Shown: positions 23,760-24,000 of the stretch, piece by piece
Numbering within the stretch: the first letter of the stretch is position 1
Layout: each line of letters starts with the position of its first letter
Source of the DNA: Candidatus Calditenuaceae archaeon HR02
GTDB taxonomy: Archaea; Thermoproteota; Nitrososphaeria_A; Caldarchaeales; Calditenuaceae
DNA length: 24,000 nucleotides
Assembly (NCBI GenBank): GCA_002898395.1
Contig: BEHE01000011.1
Coordinates: forward strand, 34,668-58,667
Direction of reading: 5' to 3'
Notes under the pieces: generated by a model
The model's database searches: none
Told to the model about the DNA's origin: nothing
Seen by the model: only the letters and a program-made list of their open reading frames with translations
Position numbers and translations under genes: made by a program

Positions 23760-24000
23760 TTAAAAGTTATTATTAATAAGCATGAGGAGATGAAGGAGTG
23801 AGTTTTCGTCTGTGCTTCATCATACTCCTGCCGATATCTCTCAGTAACATATTACAAATCTTCCAACAGTCCTTCCTTTCTCCTATCTCGTCCATATAAT
23901 ACCGTATATTCTTTATCGAGAGTTCGATGAGACGCCGCTTTCGAGGTATCGACGTTCCGACGTAATCATGGAACTTCTGATGGGCTTTCTAAGTAGTGCT
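23760..24000 (+). repeat. tRNA-3'-flank repeat module, copy 2 (paralogous to 9124-9366, runs off the window end)
   Basis: It starts directly after the tRNA-Glu 3' end. It is collinear with the reverse complement of 9124-9366, at 87% identity in the core 60 nt and looser towards both ends, with a 1 nt indel near 23880-23885. Confidence 0.8.

Noticed and set aside
1-24000. CRISPR arrays, rRNA genes, transposase or integrase genes, and toxin-antitoxin or other recognisable defence cassettes
   Set aside because: I scanned both strands and the ORF track. There are no regularly spaced direct repeats, no rRNA-like sequence, and no ORF with integrase, transposase, Cas, restriction-modification or TA hallmarks.

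Overview
This is an archaeal chromosomal window. The evidence is an Orc1/Cdc6 gene, a PolD small-subunit gene, an intron-containing tRNA-Trp, TATA-type promoters with short or no leaders, and GC-rich, Arg/Glu/Val/Leu-rich proteins of thermophile flavour. Most of it is housekeeping: mobB-moeA, ridA, purB, an FAH-family hydrolase, malic enzyme, a DtxR-type repressor, a SIS plus enolase-superfamily operon, trmO, an APC permease fused to Usp, and a secreted beta-propeller surface protein. The main landmark is a predicted replication origin at about 9.8-10.4 kb. It has five ORB-like boxes, one close to the remembered archaeal ORB pattern (CTCCATTGGAAATGGAGGGGT), and an AT-rich unwinding element. 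It sits directly upstream of orc1/cdc6, whose 3' end overlaps a PolD DP1 gene. There is accessory or decaying material next to all three tRNA genes. (i) A roughly 240 bp module with up to 87% identity lies immediately 3' of tRNA-Pro and of tRNA-Glu, in inverted orientation, bracketing the origin-bearing 14.4 kb. (ii) An AT-rich island of about 2.1 kb lies 3' of tRNA-Trp and carries two tandem HTH-LAGLIDADG endonuclease-like genes, once joined by an ATGA overlap and now broken by in-frame stops and a frameshift. A further item is a membrane protein with an intramembrane CCGP motif, translationally coupled to a membrane-anchored WCPSC thioredoxin-fold protein. I found no CRISPR array, no rRNA and no recognisable defence operon, and I cannot show a clearly novel multi-gene system here. 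All family calls rest on motif recognition by eye, with no database search.
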